Shown: one piece after another, positions 11,539-24,328 of the stretch
How the letters are laid out: each line of letters opens with the position of its first letter
How positions within the stretch are numbered: position 1 is the stretch's first letter
Assembly: GCF_006345805.1 (NCBI RefSeq)
Contig: NC_043004.1
Location: forward strand, 39,618,001 to 39,682,000
Direction of reading: 5' to 3'
Length of the DNA: 64,000 nucleotides
DNA from: Octopus sinensis
Lineage: Eukaryota
The notes under the pieces: model-generated
What the model saw: the letters and a program-made list of their open reading frames with translations, nothing else
Told to the model about the DNA's origin: nothing
Databases searched by the model: none
Program-made: the position numbers and the translations under genes

Positions 11539-12754
11539 GTATGGTGCAAAGGTTACGAAAAATAGAACACAAAAACGAAGTAGATGAATACGAGGAAGTA
11601 AAAGAAATCGAAATGTACATGACTTACCTTCAACCATCGTGTGTGTGTGTGTGTGTGTGTGTGTGTTGTGTGTGTGTGTGGTGTGTGCATGGCACATTGG
11701 GCATGTAACTTCTACTCTGGCCCCAGGTCGCTCTATATGTATTATAAGTGAATTTCATGGCGGAAACTGTGAGGAAGCTTTTCATGTGTGTTGTGTGTAT
11801 GTGTATGTGTGTGTGTGTGTTGTGACTTAGCTAAATTATACAAAAAAACGTAGACAACCGAATGTTTTTCTTACTCCACACTCCAGTTGTTCTGTTATGT
11901 CGGTAAGACCACCAGCGCTGCAATATCACGTGATTATTGTCGTATGCCTGTCTTCAACTCTATCAATTTGACAAAGTAAACAATACCAATTTTATTTGTT
12001 ATTAAAGATCACTATTTTTTCAAAAAACACGGATACATTTTCTTATGGTAATAATCACAAACAATATTATTGTTTATCACCGAATCATTCCATATCGTGC
12101 AAGCCTAAGATGTTCTGACGTATTCATTTTGTTTTCCTTCCTTTTATGGAAGAAAATCCCACGGTACTTGGAGAAAAAAAAACATAATATCTCTTACCCC
12201 AGTTGAGGCAGCAAGACAATAAATATTTCGTTTCTGTACGTTATAGGATTCTTGTAGCACCACCGAAAGCTTTGTCTTGATGCAACGACGAATATTGTGA
12301 CCCCCTTCGGTCATGAATGACCACGAGATTGCACCTAGAAAATTACCCTCCGAGGCACAAGTCTGGGTAAGGTTGTTTATGGAGACCAGCAGCCGCCCAT
12401 GCATACCAGCCTCCCCTCCCCATGCCACCGATGTTATCCAAGGGAAAGGCAAAGGAACCGTTACAGCTTTGCACCAGTGACGTCGCAGCTCATTTATTAA
12501 CGTGCAAGTGCCCGAGCATTTCACAGACACGTGTACCCTTAACGTAGTTCTCGGGGAGATTCAGCGTGACACCGCGATCTTACGACTGCGAGTCCGCTGC
12601 GCTAACCACTGGGCCATTGCACCTCCACTGCAATGACGAATAAAACAGAGCAATATAGAGAACATCCATTTTGCTCCTTATTCTCTCAATTCTTGAAATC
12701 ATTTGTAGCTAATAACGTTACTTCTGCATAGTACATGTTATGGTGCTTCTACAT

Positions 12755-13261
12755 AAGTGGGTCCCAAAATGGTCAGTAGCGCCCCCTTGGGGGCGTTGAA
12801 AAAATCCAGGGTTGGCGTTGAAGAAATGTGGGGCGATAATGTGATGGCCAAAAGGGGGTGAATGGTGTAAAAATGAAAAAAAGTAAAATAATGGGTTAAG
12901 CATGTTAAGTTTTATTTGTGAAATTTCTATTTCTTTATTACCCACAAGGGGCTAAACATAGAGGGGACAAACAAGGACAGACATAGGTATTAAGTCGATT
13001 ACATCGACCCCAGTACGTAACTAGTACTTAATTTATCGACCCCGAAAGGATGAAAGGCAAAGTCGACCTCGGCGGAATTTGAACTCACAACGTAACGGCA
13101 GACGAAATACCGCAAAGCATTTCGTCCGGCGTGCTAACGTTTCTGCCAGCTCGCCGAATTTGCTTCAGAAAAGTAGTCTATTTTGAGAAATGTGAGGGGA
13201 GTGCTAGGAATGGGACATGAGTGCCAAAGGGCGGTAACCTGAAAAAGTTTGGGAACCACTG
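12755..13261. mobile_element. hAT-like MITE interrupted by a family B SINE (12928-13156)
   Basis: Degenerate left TIR AAGTGGGTCCCAAA and right TIR TTTGGGAACCACTG; subterminal GCCCCCTTGGGGGC. A related end lies at 34858 (CAGTGGTTCTCAAA). Confidence 0.55.
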
Positions 13262-13571
13262 CCCTACCTGGTACTTCTACTTGGTACCAATAACCAAGTT
13301 TGCTATGCTGGCTTGACTAATGTATGTGGTGAGACTATAACCTCAGTCATATACACCACTGTCCGTGAAAAAATTATAATCGTCGAACTTTCAATTGAGA
13401 GTCCGTTTTTAATGAGTTGGTCAACACAATCATCCGTTTAACCTTTAACTTTTAACCTTTAATCACCAAACTAGTGTTGCTCTCTATTGTATGGAATCCG
13501 CCAAGAGAATTGCATGTGACATTTCGAGCAGGAGACAACCTAGCACGATTAAAACAATAATCTATGGAATC

Positions 13572-13833
13572 ACGAGGGAGTGGTGAAAAGTTCCTGGCTT
13601 TGGGTTAAAACAATACTGGAAGATCATTTACTCTTTTACTCTTTTACTTGTTTCAGTCATTTGACTGCGGCCATGCTGGAGCACCGCCTTTAATCGAGCA
13701 ACTCGACCCCCGGGTCTTATTCTTTTGTAAGCCCAGTACTTATTCTATCGGTCTCTTTTCCCGAACCGCTAAGTAACGGGGACATAAACACACCAGCGAT
13801 GTTGGGAGGGGACAAACACAGACACACACACAC

Positions 13834-13880
<47 letters not shown>

Positions 13881-14198
13881 CACACACATATATATACGAT
13901 GGGCTTCTTTCAGTTTTCGTCTACCAAATCCACTCACAAGGCTTTGGTCGGCCCGAGGCTATAGTAGAAGACACTTGCCCAAGGTGCCACGCAGTGGGAC
14001 TGAACCCGGAACCATGTGGTTGGTAAACAAGCTACTTACCACACAGCCACTCCTGAATTTTATTCAACATATTCCACTTCACACACTTATTGCAGCAGGC
14101 CTTCAATTTTTCAAAGCCTTGAAGCAAAAATTCGGAATGTTGGGCCTCCAACCAGACTTTTCTCGATGTCCTTAAAGCCAGGAACTTTTCGGCACCCT
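13572..14198 (-). mobile_element. Mariner-type MITE with a nested family A SINE (13629-14055)
   Basis: TIRs ACGAGGGAGTGGTGAAAAGTTCCTGGCTTT and AAAGCCAGGAACTTTTCGGCACCCT. An uninterrupted relative lies at 37429-37652 and a partial one at ~52207-52345. Confidence 0.75.
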
Positions 14199-14773
14199 AA
14201 ACGCGTTCTCCACGGCAAAGCCGATTAATTTTATTATCTCAGAAGTTTCTAAAGAAGTAGAAGCCAAAATCCTTTAAAAATTATGCAGCTCGTCACGAAA
14301 AGGTAGATAGAATAACTTAGTCCGGGGCACGTTGTTCCTGGAAAAAAGAAAGAAAGAAGGAAAGAAGAAAGAAAGAAAGAAGAATTCTTTTCATGATAGA
14401 TCTAGCTGCTCCATTAGAATTAAACAACAAAAGTATTTAAATCTTGTTACATCCTGCTAATCCACTTTATCTCCCAGAAAACAGAAAATGTAAATAAAGG
14501 TACTAAGCAGCAGGAATGTTGTAAAATCGAAGAAAGGCTCTTCAGCTAATAGCGACGACGAATGCAAATGCTACGAAATTGAAGAGAATCAAAATGGTTG
14601 TGTGGTTAAGAAGGTTGCGACGTAAACAACGAGTTCTGAGTTCATTCACAATACGCATTGTCTCAGCAATGTGTTTTCTAGTCTCGGGTTGACCAATGCC
14701 TCCTTGTAAATGACATTTGATAGACTGAAACTGTGCGGAACTTCGTCATCTCTCTCTCTCCTCTTCTCTCTCT

Positions 14774-14808
<35 letters not shown>

Positions 14809-15224
14809 TATATGATATATATATATATATAATATCGATATATATATATAGAATACAGCGTACGTTCAAACACAAAAAAGAGATACCCGAAGAATAGGAT
14901 ATCTGATTCGCCAGAAAGAGCAGTTAAAACTCCAAGCCACAATTGTTGTAATTCCGAAAGTGATTGAAAAAAAACAACTTTTACCTTAATCCTAGACCCT
15001 GCAAGGTTTCTGCAGACTTTAAATACAGACTGAAATTACATACATATATACATATTTATATATATACATACATACATCTATACATATATATATAATGTGT
15101 GTGTGTATCTGTCTATCTGTCTGTATATATGCTCGCACATACGTACTTATGTATGTATGTATGTATGTATGTATGTATGTATATCTGTCTATCTATCTAT
15201 CTAATATATAAGTCTCTGCAACTT

Positions 15225-15868
15225 TGTGTAGGTCGCTGTATGGAGAGGAGTGTATTAGCCACTCACAAGTGTAGGAGTGGTTCAGACCTTTCGAAAAAAT
15301 GTCGATATTGACGAACGTTCTGGGAGACCCGCAACCAGCCGAAGCGAGAAAAACGTCGCAGATGTACGTGCAGCTGTGAGGGGAAACCATTGAATCACCA
15401 CCCGCGAGTTATCAGAGAATGTGCAGATTAGTTACGGTTCAGTTCAGTCCATCATTACTGAAGATTCGGTTATGAGACGCGAGTCTGCTAAGTTTGTGCC
15501 CAAACTGCTTTCAGCTGACCAAGCAGACACTCGGGTCTCATTTGCACAAGATCTGCTTGATTGTGTTGAGAACGATGAAAACTACTTGAAAGCTTTGCGT
15601 AGGCGTGTGAGCAGGTATCGCCAAGCTTTTGGCAAAATTTGATGCAGATTCTTTGCTCAACTTTTTCTGTCATTGTTAATGCGACGATCACACGCTACAC
15701 ACCTTCCTCCCAAGCACTGCTGTAAACAGCGGATGTGAGCTAGAACGTTAAAACTTAGTGCCCATGCACAGTAGAGTTCAAGGTCAATCTGTGCCAAGTG
15801 GCTTTACTTTTTGTGCCTTAGTTTCATTACTATGGCAACAGTACATATACTTATTGATCACACCTCGT
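15225..15868. mobile_element. Rearranged mariner transposon remnant
   Basis: TIR CGAGGTGTGATCAATAAGT (minus, ending 15868) and N-terminus MTEKVEQRICIKFCQKLGDTCSHAYAKL on minus. The continuation YGEE..DERSGRP..MRRESAKFVPKLL is on plus at 15225-15598. Confidence 0.85.
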
Positions 15869-17182
15869 GTGTGTGTGTGTGTGAATGTATGTATGTATGT
15901 ATATAAATATATATCACACATTTGAAAAGCATTGTTCACGTCTTCTCCACGAAGTAGTTAGATGCCATTTATATGTCAGTGGTGATCCTTTAATAAGAGG
16001 GAGGGTCTGGGTCGTTTCAGCAATTCGTTCGTCATTAGTTATTTTCAGCAGACATTTCCAAACTGGGGCTGACAGAAGCTATTTCTCTTCATTTTATATT
16101 CTTATTTTTATCTATCAGGTTTCTCCTTTTAAATGAGTGTATGTGTGTGTGTATGTGTGTTGTGTGTGTGTGTGTGTGTGGTGTGTGTGTGTGTGTGTAT
16201 GTGTGTGTGTGTGTGTGTGTTTTCTTTTCTTTGATTCTCAGCATTTGCTCTTTGCTTTTGGGATTACTAATTTTTTTAATTGTTTTTAATGTTGGCTTTG
16301 TTCTTCTTAGGGGTTCACCAAGATTACATTTAATTTTATTTCGAAAACAGGGTGTAAGATGATAGCGTGTTTATATTTCAAGCTCCCTATTTACTGTCAG
16401 ATAACCGTTATCCGTTATTAAACCCCCGCCACACCCTCCACCACTAAACCCCACTTTGAGGAACTGGGATCCTACATGGGGTGTTACTTGGAAAGAAACC
16501 AAGAAGCCACATTACCCAACATAATTCGACACTCGGAGGCAGAAGATAATTTTAAAACCATCTATCTTTACCGTACCATAACGAATCTCATTCATGCAAC
16601 ACTCTTCTACGAAGTATCACGTTTCCCTTTCTTTCGTTTGGTGTATCGTTATTTTGTTATTTTTGTTATTTCGTTATTTATTTTGTCATTATTTTTTTTT
16701 ATTAAGGTTCTATTTACTTCCAGCTTTTTTTAAAATTTGATTATTTTAGAAATGGTATATTTAATGGCAATGTACTTAATGAGCGGTCATTTAGCAGAAT
16801 ATGGGAGCAAGTGTATACATACACACACACACAAATATATTTATCTCTATATGCACATATGTAATATAGATGTATATATATATATATATATTATATATAT
16901 AATATATCTATATATATATATGCATGCTTGCAGTTATGTATGTATATATGTATGTAGGTATGTATGCATATCCGTCCTTTCTATAACTCAAGTGGAAATG
17001 TATTCACTACATAGTGTAGAAGAAAACTGTTCGACTGTAACCGTATGCATGTGAATGAGCGACTGAGTAAGCGTGCGTGCGTGCGTGCGTGTATGTGTGT
17101 GTGTATGTCTGAGCGTGTGTCTATGTGTATGCGTGCGAGTGTTTGTGAGCTTTTGTGCATGCATGTGCATAGACTGACAGAC

Positions 17183-17218
<36 letters not shown>

Positions 17219-19467
17219 ATGCACGAATGCGTGTGAAAATATGGTGTGGGTGAAATGTTAATAAACAATTTATCAAATAGAAAATATAATTCTTAGTTTC
17301 GCAACAATGACAATCATAGTAGCAGAACAGCAACAACAACCAAATTTGCAGCAACAATTTTTTAAAAAATGAATTATTCAGAAGGAATAGGGCAACTCTA
17401 TAACCTTTTTATCGTATTTCTGAGGCTGATGGGGTGAGAAGACAGAAATTACAATACGTGGGTTGCAAGTGTAAGACAGGAATATACTAAACTATCGAGT
17501 TATGTATTTTTATATTTAATTATTGTATACAATTTGTAGAGAATTACATTGTAGGTTACAGACGGTTGCAATTTAGTGCAGAATACTCCATCGTCAGTTA
17601 CTACTTTGTTCAAAAAGTATCGTATTTATGTCAATCCATACATCTTTCTCCCAAATACAATCAGCGAATGATATACACACATCCTATGTGCACACAGATA
17701 CATAAACACATACGAAATACTCATACATACAGACATGTGTGTGTGTGCGCACGTACATTATAATTTCTTTTTCTTTTTCGCACATTCTTTCAGCTTCCTT
17801 CACCTCTCTTTCTCCTCATATTTCCTTTTCATATAATTTCCTTTCTGAAAAAGAGCTAACGCTCGAAATGTCAAGACACACTGTAATCCTGTGAAACATT
17901 AAACAAACACCTTATTCGTGGTTGTTTAAGACATTACCCTCTTAATCAATTTGTATTTCATTTTTCCTTTTTCATAAACGTATAGTCTTTGGGGAACTGT
18001 ACCCAAAATGTTATTCATTATTTAAAAGAAAATAGATATCATATAAGCGAGATTTGGCTGCTATTTCGAGGAATTCTAGTGGCACTTTGGAAGACCTTTC
18101 ATTTGTTTACTGAGAAATTGAAAACTTTCAAAAGTTTCCGATCGATCCTTTCCATGTGAACGATTTAAAAATCATTCAATGCCTGTTATAGACATTAAAG
18201 ATTATGTGTTTGGATAACTTTGTATGTAATTGGCAAGAGTACGAATCGCGCGCGCGCACGAGTTAGTGTGTACGTGTCTGTACGCACATATATATACATA
18301 TATATATATATCCATACATAAACACACACTCATACAAAAACGCACATATAGATATATGCACATATGCACAAACACATGCAAACATATATACACACATATA
18401 AAACATAGGGAGAGAGAGAGGAGAGATAGATAAATAGATACAAAGATAGACTAACCAACTAAGAGGCAGATAGACACATACATACATACATACATACATA
18501 CATACATACATACATACATACATACATACATACATACATACATACATACCACACATACATTTCATGTGTGAAAAGTTATAAACACACAGTATACGTGTAT
18601 ATGTATGTCTATGTTTGTGAGTTCTTCTATACTTCTGTGTAAATAAGCACAAATACATTGTAGATTTCGGATGGAAACTGCTGACATAATAAATTTCTAT
18701 AAATTTTAACTACTTACAGCTAGAGTATTAGAACTTCAAAGGAAATGAGAGAACACGTCTTACAGCTATATATTTAAAACCTTTATTAAGACATTTGTTA
18801 CACTGACAAGCTCTGGTTAAAGTATACACCCAACGGGGATGGGAAAATAATTCCAATGTCTTTCATACATATCTCTACTTCAATCAAACATTGAAACTGT
18901 AAATGTTTCATGCGTATTATCTCTCTCTCTCTCACCTCTCCCCCCTCTCTCTCTCTGGATGTGTGTGTGTATACTTTAAAAGGAGTGCTGATAATCTTGA
19001 GATGAGTCGATTATATTGTGTAATAGGGCCATCGGCTTGAGGAATAAAAGTAATCTTTTTCTGAAATACGTGTACATTATTCTAAGCATATAAAAGTTAC
19101 GTTTTCTATTTTCAAATTTATCCTATGCCCATATATTTACATACATACATATACATATTTATACATACATACATACATCTATACATATAATTTTACAAAT
19201 ATACATGTATATATACATATACATGCTCATACACATACATGTATAAATATATATATATATGTAATGCGTATGAATGAGTACGTTGTACTTTAATGAGCAT
19301 AAAAGTTGTGCATATATATGCATATATATATGTACATTTATATGTATGCATGTATGTATGTATGTATGTACTTATGTATTTATGTATCTCTGTCTCTCCC
19401 TCTCCCTCTCCCACTCTTTCTCTCTATATATATCTACATATATATATTATATATATATATAAACATC

Positions 19468-19507
<40 letters not shown>

Positions 19508-19631
19508 GTTATGTATATATACAAACATACTACACACTCTGACTCTGATACTCTGAGCAGTGATATGAGTATAGATTTATAAATATGTGTGTGTAGGTGT
19601 GTATACACACACACACAACACACACACACAC

Positions 19632-19669
<38 letters not shown>

Positions 19670-20050
19670 TATACTCACACACATACAGACACACATATAG
19701 TTACATAAATACTATAGATTTATGCACTCACATCCATATATGTACATATGTATAATACATAGAATATATCAGTATGTATCAATACATGTGTGTGTTTGCA
19801 TGTCAGTATATAGACAGACTTGGAAGGTCGTTGACTCTTTTGCGTTCGTCTGCCCTTTGACAAACTTTGCTTTCCATCATCTCACAGGTTGTCTAAAACC
19901 ACCTTTCTCAGCAAGTATGCTGGATGCAGTTGCCGAAATAGTTGCTAACGGCAAAACTATGCACAAGTTGTACTTGTTGGCATGGTTACCAGAAGCAAGT
20001 TTCAGGTTTTCAGATCTCTGACATGACAGGAATATATGTATGTAGTGTCT

Positions 20051-20089
<39 letters not shown>

Positions 20090-20236
20090 TATGTGTGTGT
20101 GTGTGTGATCCGTGTGCGTGTATGTATGTTAGTGCATAAAAGTACATAATCTCTTCATTTATTTGGGTAATTTAATTACATTTTAATACCAATTTTGTTT
20201 CATTACTGTTTCAATCAATATTGTTTAAAGAAAATT

Positions 20237-20271
20237 CTTAATTTTTCCTTTCTTCTTTATTGCAGGTAAGT
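20237..20271 (+). other. Candidate recursive splice site (zero-length exon, AG|GT)
   Basis: Branch-point-like CTTAAT (20237-20242), 19/20 pyrimidines (20242-20261), then CAG (20263-20265) directly followed by GTAAGT (20266-20271). Confidence 0.6.
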
Positions 20272-20446
20272 GGAATACTCCATTCAGTTTTGGATATAAT
20301 CTACTTTAATTTGGTAAATGCCCGTTGAACGTTTTCCCAAACACATAAAGGTATTTCACTGTATTTTAATACATATATGGACCTCTGTAATTTAAGACAA
20401 ACCCGTGGGTATAAAGAAGCGTCATGTTTTTAATTGTTGAAATATA

Positions 20447-20830
20447 GGCGCAGGAGCAGCTGTGTGGTAAGTAGCTTGCTTACCAACTATATTGTCCCGG
20501 GTTCAGTCCCACTGTGTGGCACATTGGTCAATTACCTACTATAGCCTCAGGCCGACCAAAGCATTGAGAGAGGATTTGGTAGGCAGAAACGGAAAGAAGC
20601 TCGTCATATATATATGTATATGTATGTATGTATATGTTTGTGTGTCTGTGTTTCTCCCCACCAACATCGCTTGATAACCAATCCTAGTGTGTTTGTGTTT
20701 ACGTAACTTAACGATTCGGCAAAAGATACCGATGGAATAAGTACTAGGCTTACAGAGGATACATCCTGGGGTTGATTTGCTCGACTAAAAGGGCGGCGCG
20801 GCAGTCAAATGACTGAAACAAGTAAAATAG
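20447..20830 (+). mobile_element. Full-length family A SINE
   Basis: Head GGCGCAGGAGCAGCTGTGTGGTAAG through tail CAGTCAAATGACTGAAACAAGTAAAA. Confidence 0.85.
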
Positions 20831-21216
20831 TATTTCTTTATGCGCGTTATAATATGAAGGCGCCCGGCTTAGTGATTCGGGTATTTAACTCATCCTCATG
20901 AGTTCGATTTTGTTCATTTGGTGAAATAGGTGCTGGGTTGATGTAATCGTATACAATTCCATGGAAGAAGTCAAATTACTTAAATCAGTAAAACAGGACG
21001 GAATGAAGGATTCATTCAAGCTGGGGTGATGACTATACCTACATATCTTTGATGTATATGCATACACACACAGATATATATTATGCATATATATATATAT
21101 ATTGGTAGCTTTAAAAAATCATATAATTACATTTACTTAACCGGTTTCTAATTTTATGATTTTCATAACAAGTCAGCGATGGATAGACATGGAGTTATAC
21201 CGAGAATGTACGCGTG

Positions 21217-21253
<37 letters not shown>

Positions 21254-22368
21254 ATGTGTGCAAGAGATTAACTAAAATGAACTAGATACTAAAAATAAAG
21301 AGACAAAGTTATACATATGTAGACGGATGCATTCTTATTTAATATATTTAGTATGTTTTCCTCGACGTTCAGCTATTCTTTCTACTCAAAACTATTGAGC
21401 AACGAGTTCTAATTCCCTTAGCGTCGTCAGAGGAAGACGAGTAAATATAGCAGTATAGTAAATACTTCTTATATAGCACTAGGTGAGGGAAAAAAATCAA
21501 AGGGACAAACAAGGCTGAAGAGTCAAGAAAGTAGAATCTTTAATTTCTCTACTAAGATACCATCATACGCTGACAATTGTGGGACAAGGGTATTGTTTCC
21601 TTGTTAATCTGACGATTACTATTACACAACACTATGCTGTGAGGAAGAAACTGAAATTATGGGAACATATGTTGATCGAAACTGCTAGAGTTTAAAAAGT
21701 ATTTCATATTGCTGGATGTATTGAGCACTGTCATTTTGGCTATTTAGTACGTTTGTGTGTATGGATGTATGTGTATGTTTCTTTGAGTGACCATGCGCGA
21801 GTGTATGTGTGTCTCTAAGCATTTTCAGTTTAATTACACATGCTTCAGTATGCAACTCATTATATGATACCTGGTGTGTTCACTGAAGACTTACTAATAA
21901 CTTACTAATAAGAAGTAGACTTTTGTCTCTGGCAAGCTGCCACTTTCTAAACAAGGAACATCGGTCTCCAACTGCGTCAACTTCGAAGTACCGAAGCACA
22001 GTCAGATGATTGTGACGGCGACGATAAGGACGATGACGATGACGATGACGATGATGATGATAATGATGATAGTGACGATGATGACGACGATTTCGATGAC
22101 GACGAGTCCTATGATATTGATGTGTTTGATAATAGTAATGAAAATAATAATATTTTCTACTGTAGGCACAAGGTCTGAAATTTGGGGTGAGGGGACGAGT
22201 CGATTAGAATGACCCCAGTGTTGCGCTGGTACTTATTTTATCGACCGAAAGGATGAAAGGCAAAGTCGACCTCGACGGAATTTGAACTTAGAACATAGCG
22301 ACAGGCGAAATACCGCTAAGCTTTTAGCCCGGCGTGCTAACGACACTGCCAGTTCGATAATAATGATG

Positions 22369-22406
<38 letters not shown>

Positions 22407-22411
22407 GCTTA

Positions 22412-22980
22412 TTAACCCTAAACTGCCAAGCCAATGTGATAAAAGATGGAGCTGACTCAAAATGCCGATTCTGTAACAATGAGATTGAAACTATAGACCA
22501 CCTAATCTCAGGGTGTAGAGTCTTAGCACCTGTAGAATATAAAGCAAGACATGACAGAGTTGGCCAGTATTTACACTGGACAATATGTCGGCATTATAAA
22601 ATTAAAACTGCTGACAAATGGTATAAACACCATCCTGAAGCTGTGACTGAGGGAGAAAATGTGTCGATTCTCTGGGTCTTCCCCGTACATACCGACAAAA
22701 CTATAAAAGCTAATAAACCGGATATTATTGTAAAAGATCAGAGAAAAAAGGTGTGTATATTAATTGAAGCGAAAGAATTTGACAAGATTAGTAAATATAA
22801 AGACTTGCTAATACAAACTGAAAAAAATGTGGCATCTCAAGGCGACTACAGTACCAGTGATTGTAGGATCTCTAGGAATGATAAAAAAAAAAAAAGGTAC
22901 TGAAACCTATTTGAAAATGATACCAGGAAGTACAAAAAATCGTGTTAACTGGAACGAGTCATGTACTGGGAAGAGCATTA
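22412..22980 (+). mobile_element. 5'-truncated RLE-type non-LTR retrotransposon (R4/Dong-like) C-terminus
   Basis: KCRFCNNEIETIDHLISGC (CCHC knuckle), RHDRVGQYLHW, KPDIIV..KVCILIE..KISKYKDL (PD-(D/E)xK nuclease) and VPVIVGSLG after a frameshift. It abuts (TAA)n at 22358-22405. Confidence 0.85.
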
Positions 22981-23452
22981 TCGCTGTGAAAACAACATCC
23001 ATTCATGAATTTATTTGTTTATTAATTTTTTAAATACATATTTTACCTGTGAATTTGCGTGTGCAATCTGAGAATGCAGGCAATGAGCTTCTCTGCCCTA
23101 GGTGTATGGAAAATATTCGTCGAGAAATGGGAGAAAATTTGAAGAAAGAAGGAAAAAATAAAAATAATAACATAAGTGCTGACGATTATGATGTGTGCCA
23201 AAACAGCAGAAACGGAGGAGGTGACAGATAAGAATAACAACAACAGCAATTACGACTGCTGCAAAAACAACAGCAACAATAACAACAACAACAACAACAA
23301 CAATAATAATAATAATTAGCAGAAAGAGGAGAAGAGGGGGAGGAGAGAAAGGAAGAAGTAAAGAAAGTTGAGGAAGTTTTTAATTGTTCAACAGTGATAA
23401 TAATATTAATGAAGACGATTGTTCAGGTTGATATCTATGACGTGGGAAGTAG

Positions 23453-23711
23453 GAAGATGATGACGATGATGATGATGATGATGATGGTAAGGAGGAGGAT
23501 TTGGTGGAGAGGAGAGGGGCACGAAGAAGAACGATGATGTGGAGGAAAGGAAGAAGAAAAATACAGCCACGACGAAGATGACGATGAAGGAGACGATGAT
23601 GATTAAGTTAATGATGACGATGATGATGACGATAATGTTTACGATAATGATAGCGATGATGATAACGACGATGACGATGATGACGAGGACGATGATGACG
23701 ATGATGACGAC

Positions 23712-23742
<31 letters not shown>

Positions 23743-23805
23743 GGGATGATGATGATGATGATGATGATGACGATGATGACGATGATGATGATGATGATGA
23801 TGATC
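23453..23805. repeat. (GAT/GAC)n trinucleotide tracts
   Basis: Directly visible; source of the poly-M, poly-H and poly-I ORFs. Confidence 0.9.
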
Positions 23806-24328
23806 AAGGGACAGAGAGCCATAAATAATGATGCTGATCATGGGAATGAAAATGACTTGCTCTTTTAGTGCTAATGATGAGGAAGAGTAACAGAGAGAGT
23901 GAAAGAGAGAGAAGGAGAGGAGAGAGAGAGAGAGAGAGGGATGTTTGAGTGAACACACAGGGGAGGCGGAGGAAAAAGAAAGATGGTGAGACCGATGAAA
24001 AGTAGTCGGTGGAGAACACATCAATGTTATGGAGGAACAGGGATGAAAACATTCCTGCTGGTGTAATTTATGCTACCATATTATTTCAACATATGATTAT
24101 GTCATCATAACATTTATCTGATGATTGCAATGAAATGGTGGATCGTAACACGATCTCTGAGTTGCGTATATTTGTTCGTGTATGTGTTCATACTTCTATG
24201 TATGTATGCGCATGCCCGTATGCGTGTGTGTGTGCGTGCGCGCGCGCTTTTGTATGTATGATTGTGTATGTGTGTATGTCTAAGTGTGCGTGTGTGTATG
24301 CGCATTTTTGTTTGTGTACGTGTTTATG

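Noticed and set aside
21405-21435. Minus-strand CUGACGA..GAAU hammerhead-like core
   Set aside because: GAAU instead of GAAA, and no convincing stems I or III.
23047-23097. Possible 51-nt minus-strand exon (AG..CAG|GTAAAA)
   Set aside because: Moderate splice signals and an unrecognisable peptide; cannot be supported without RNA data.
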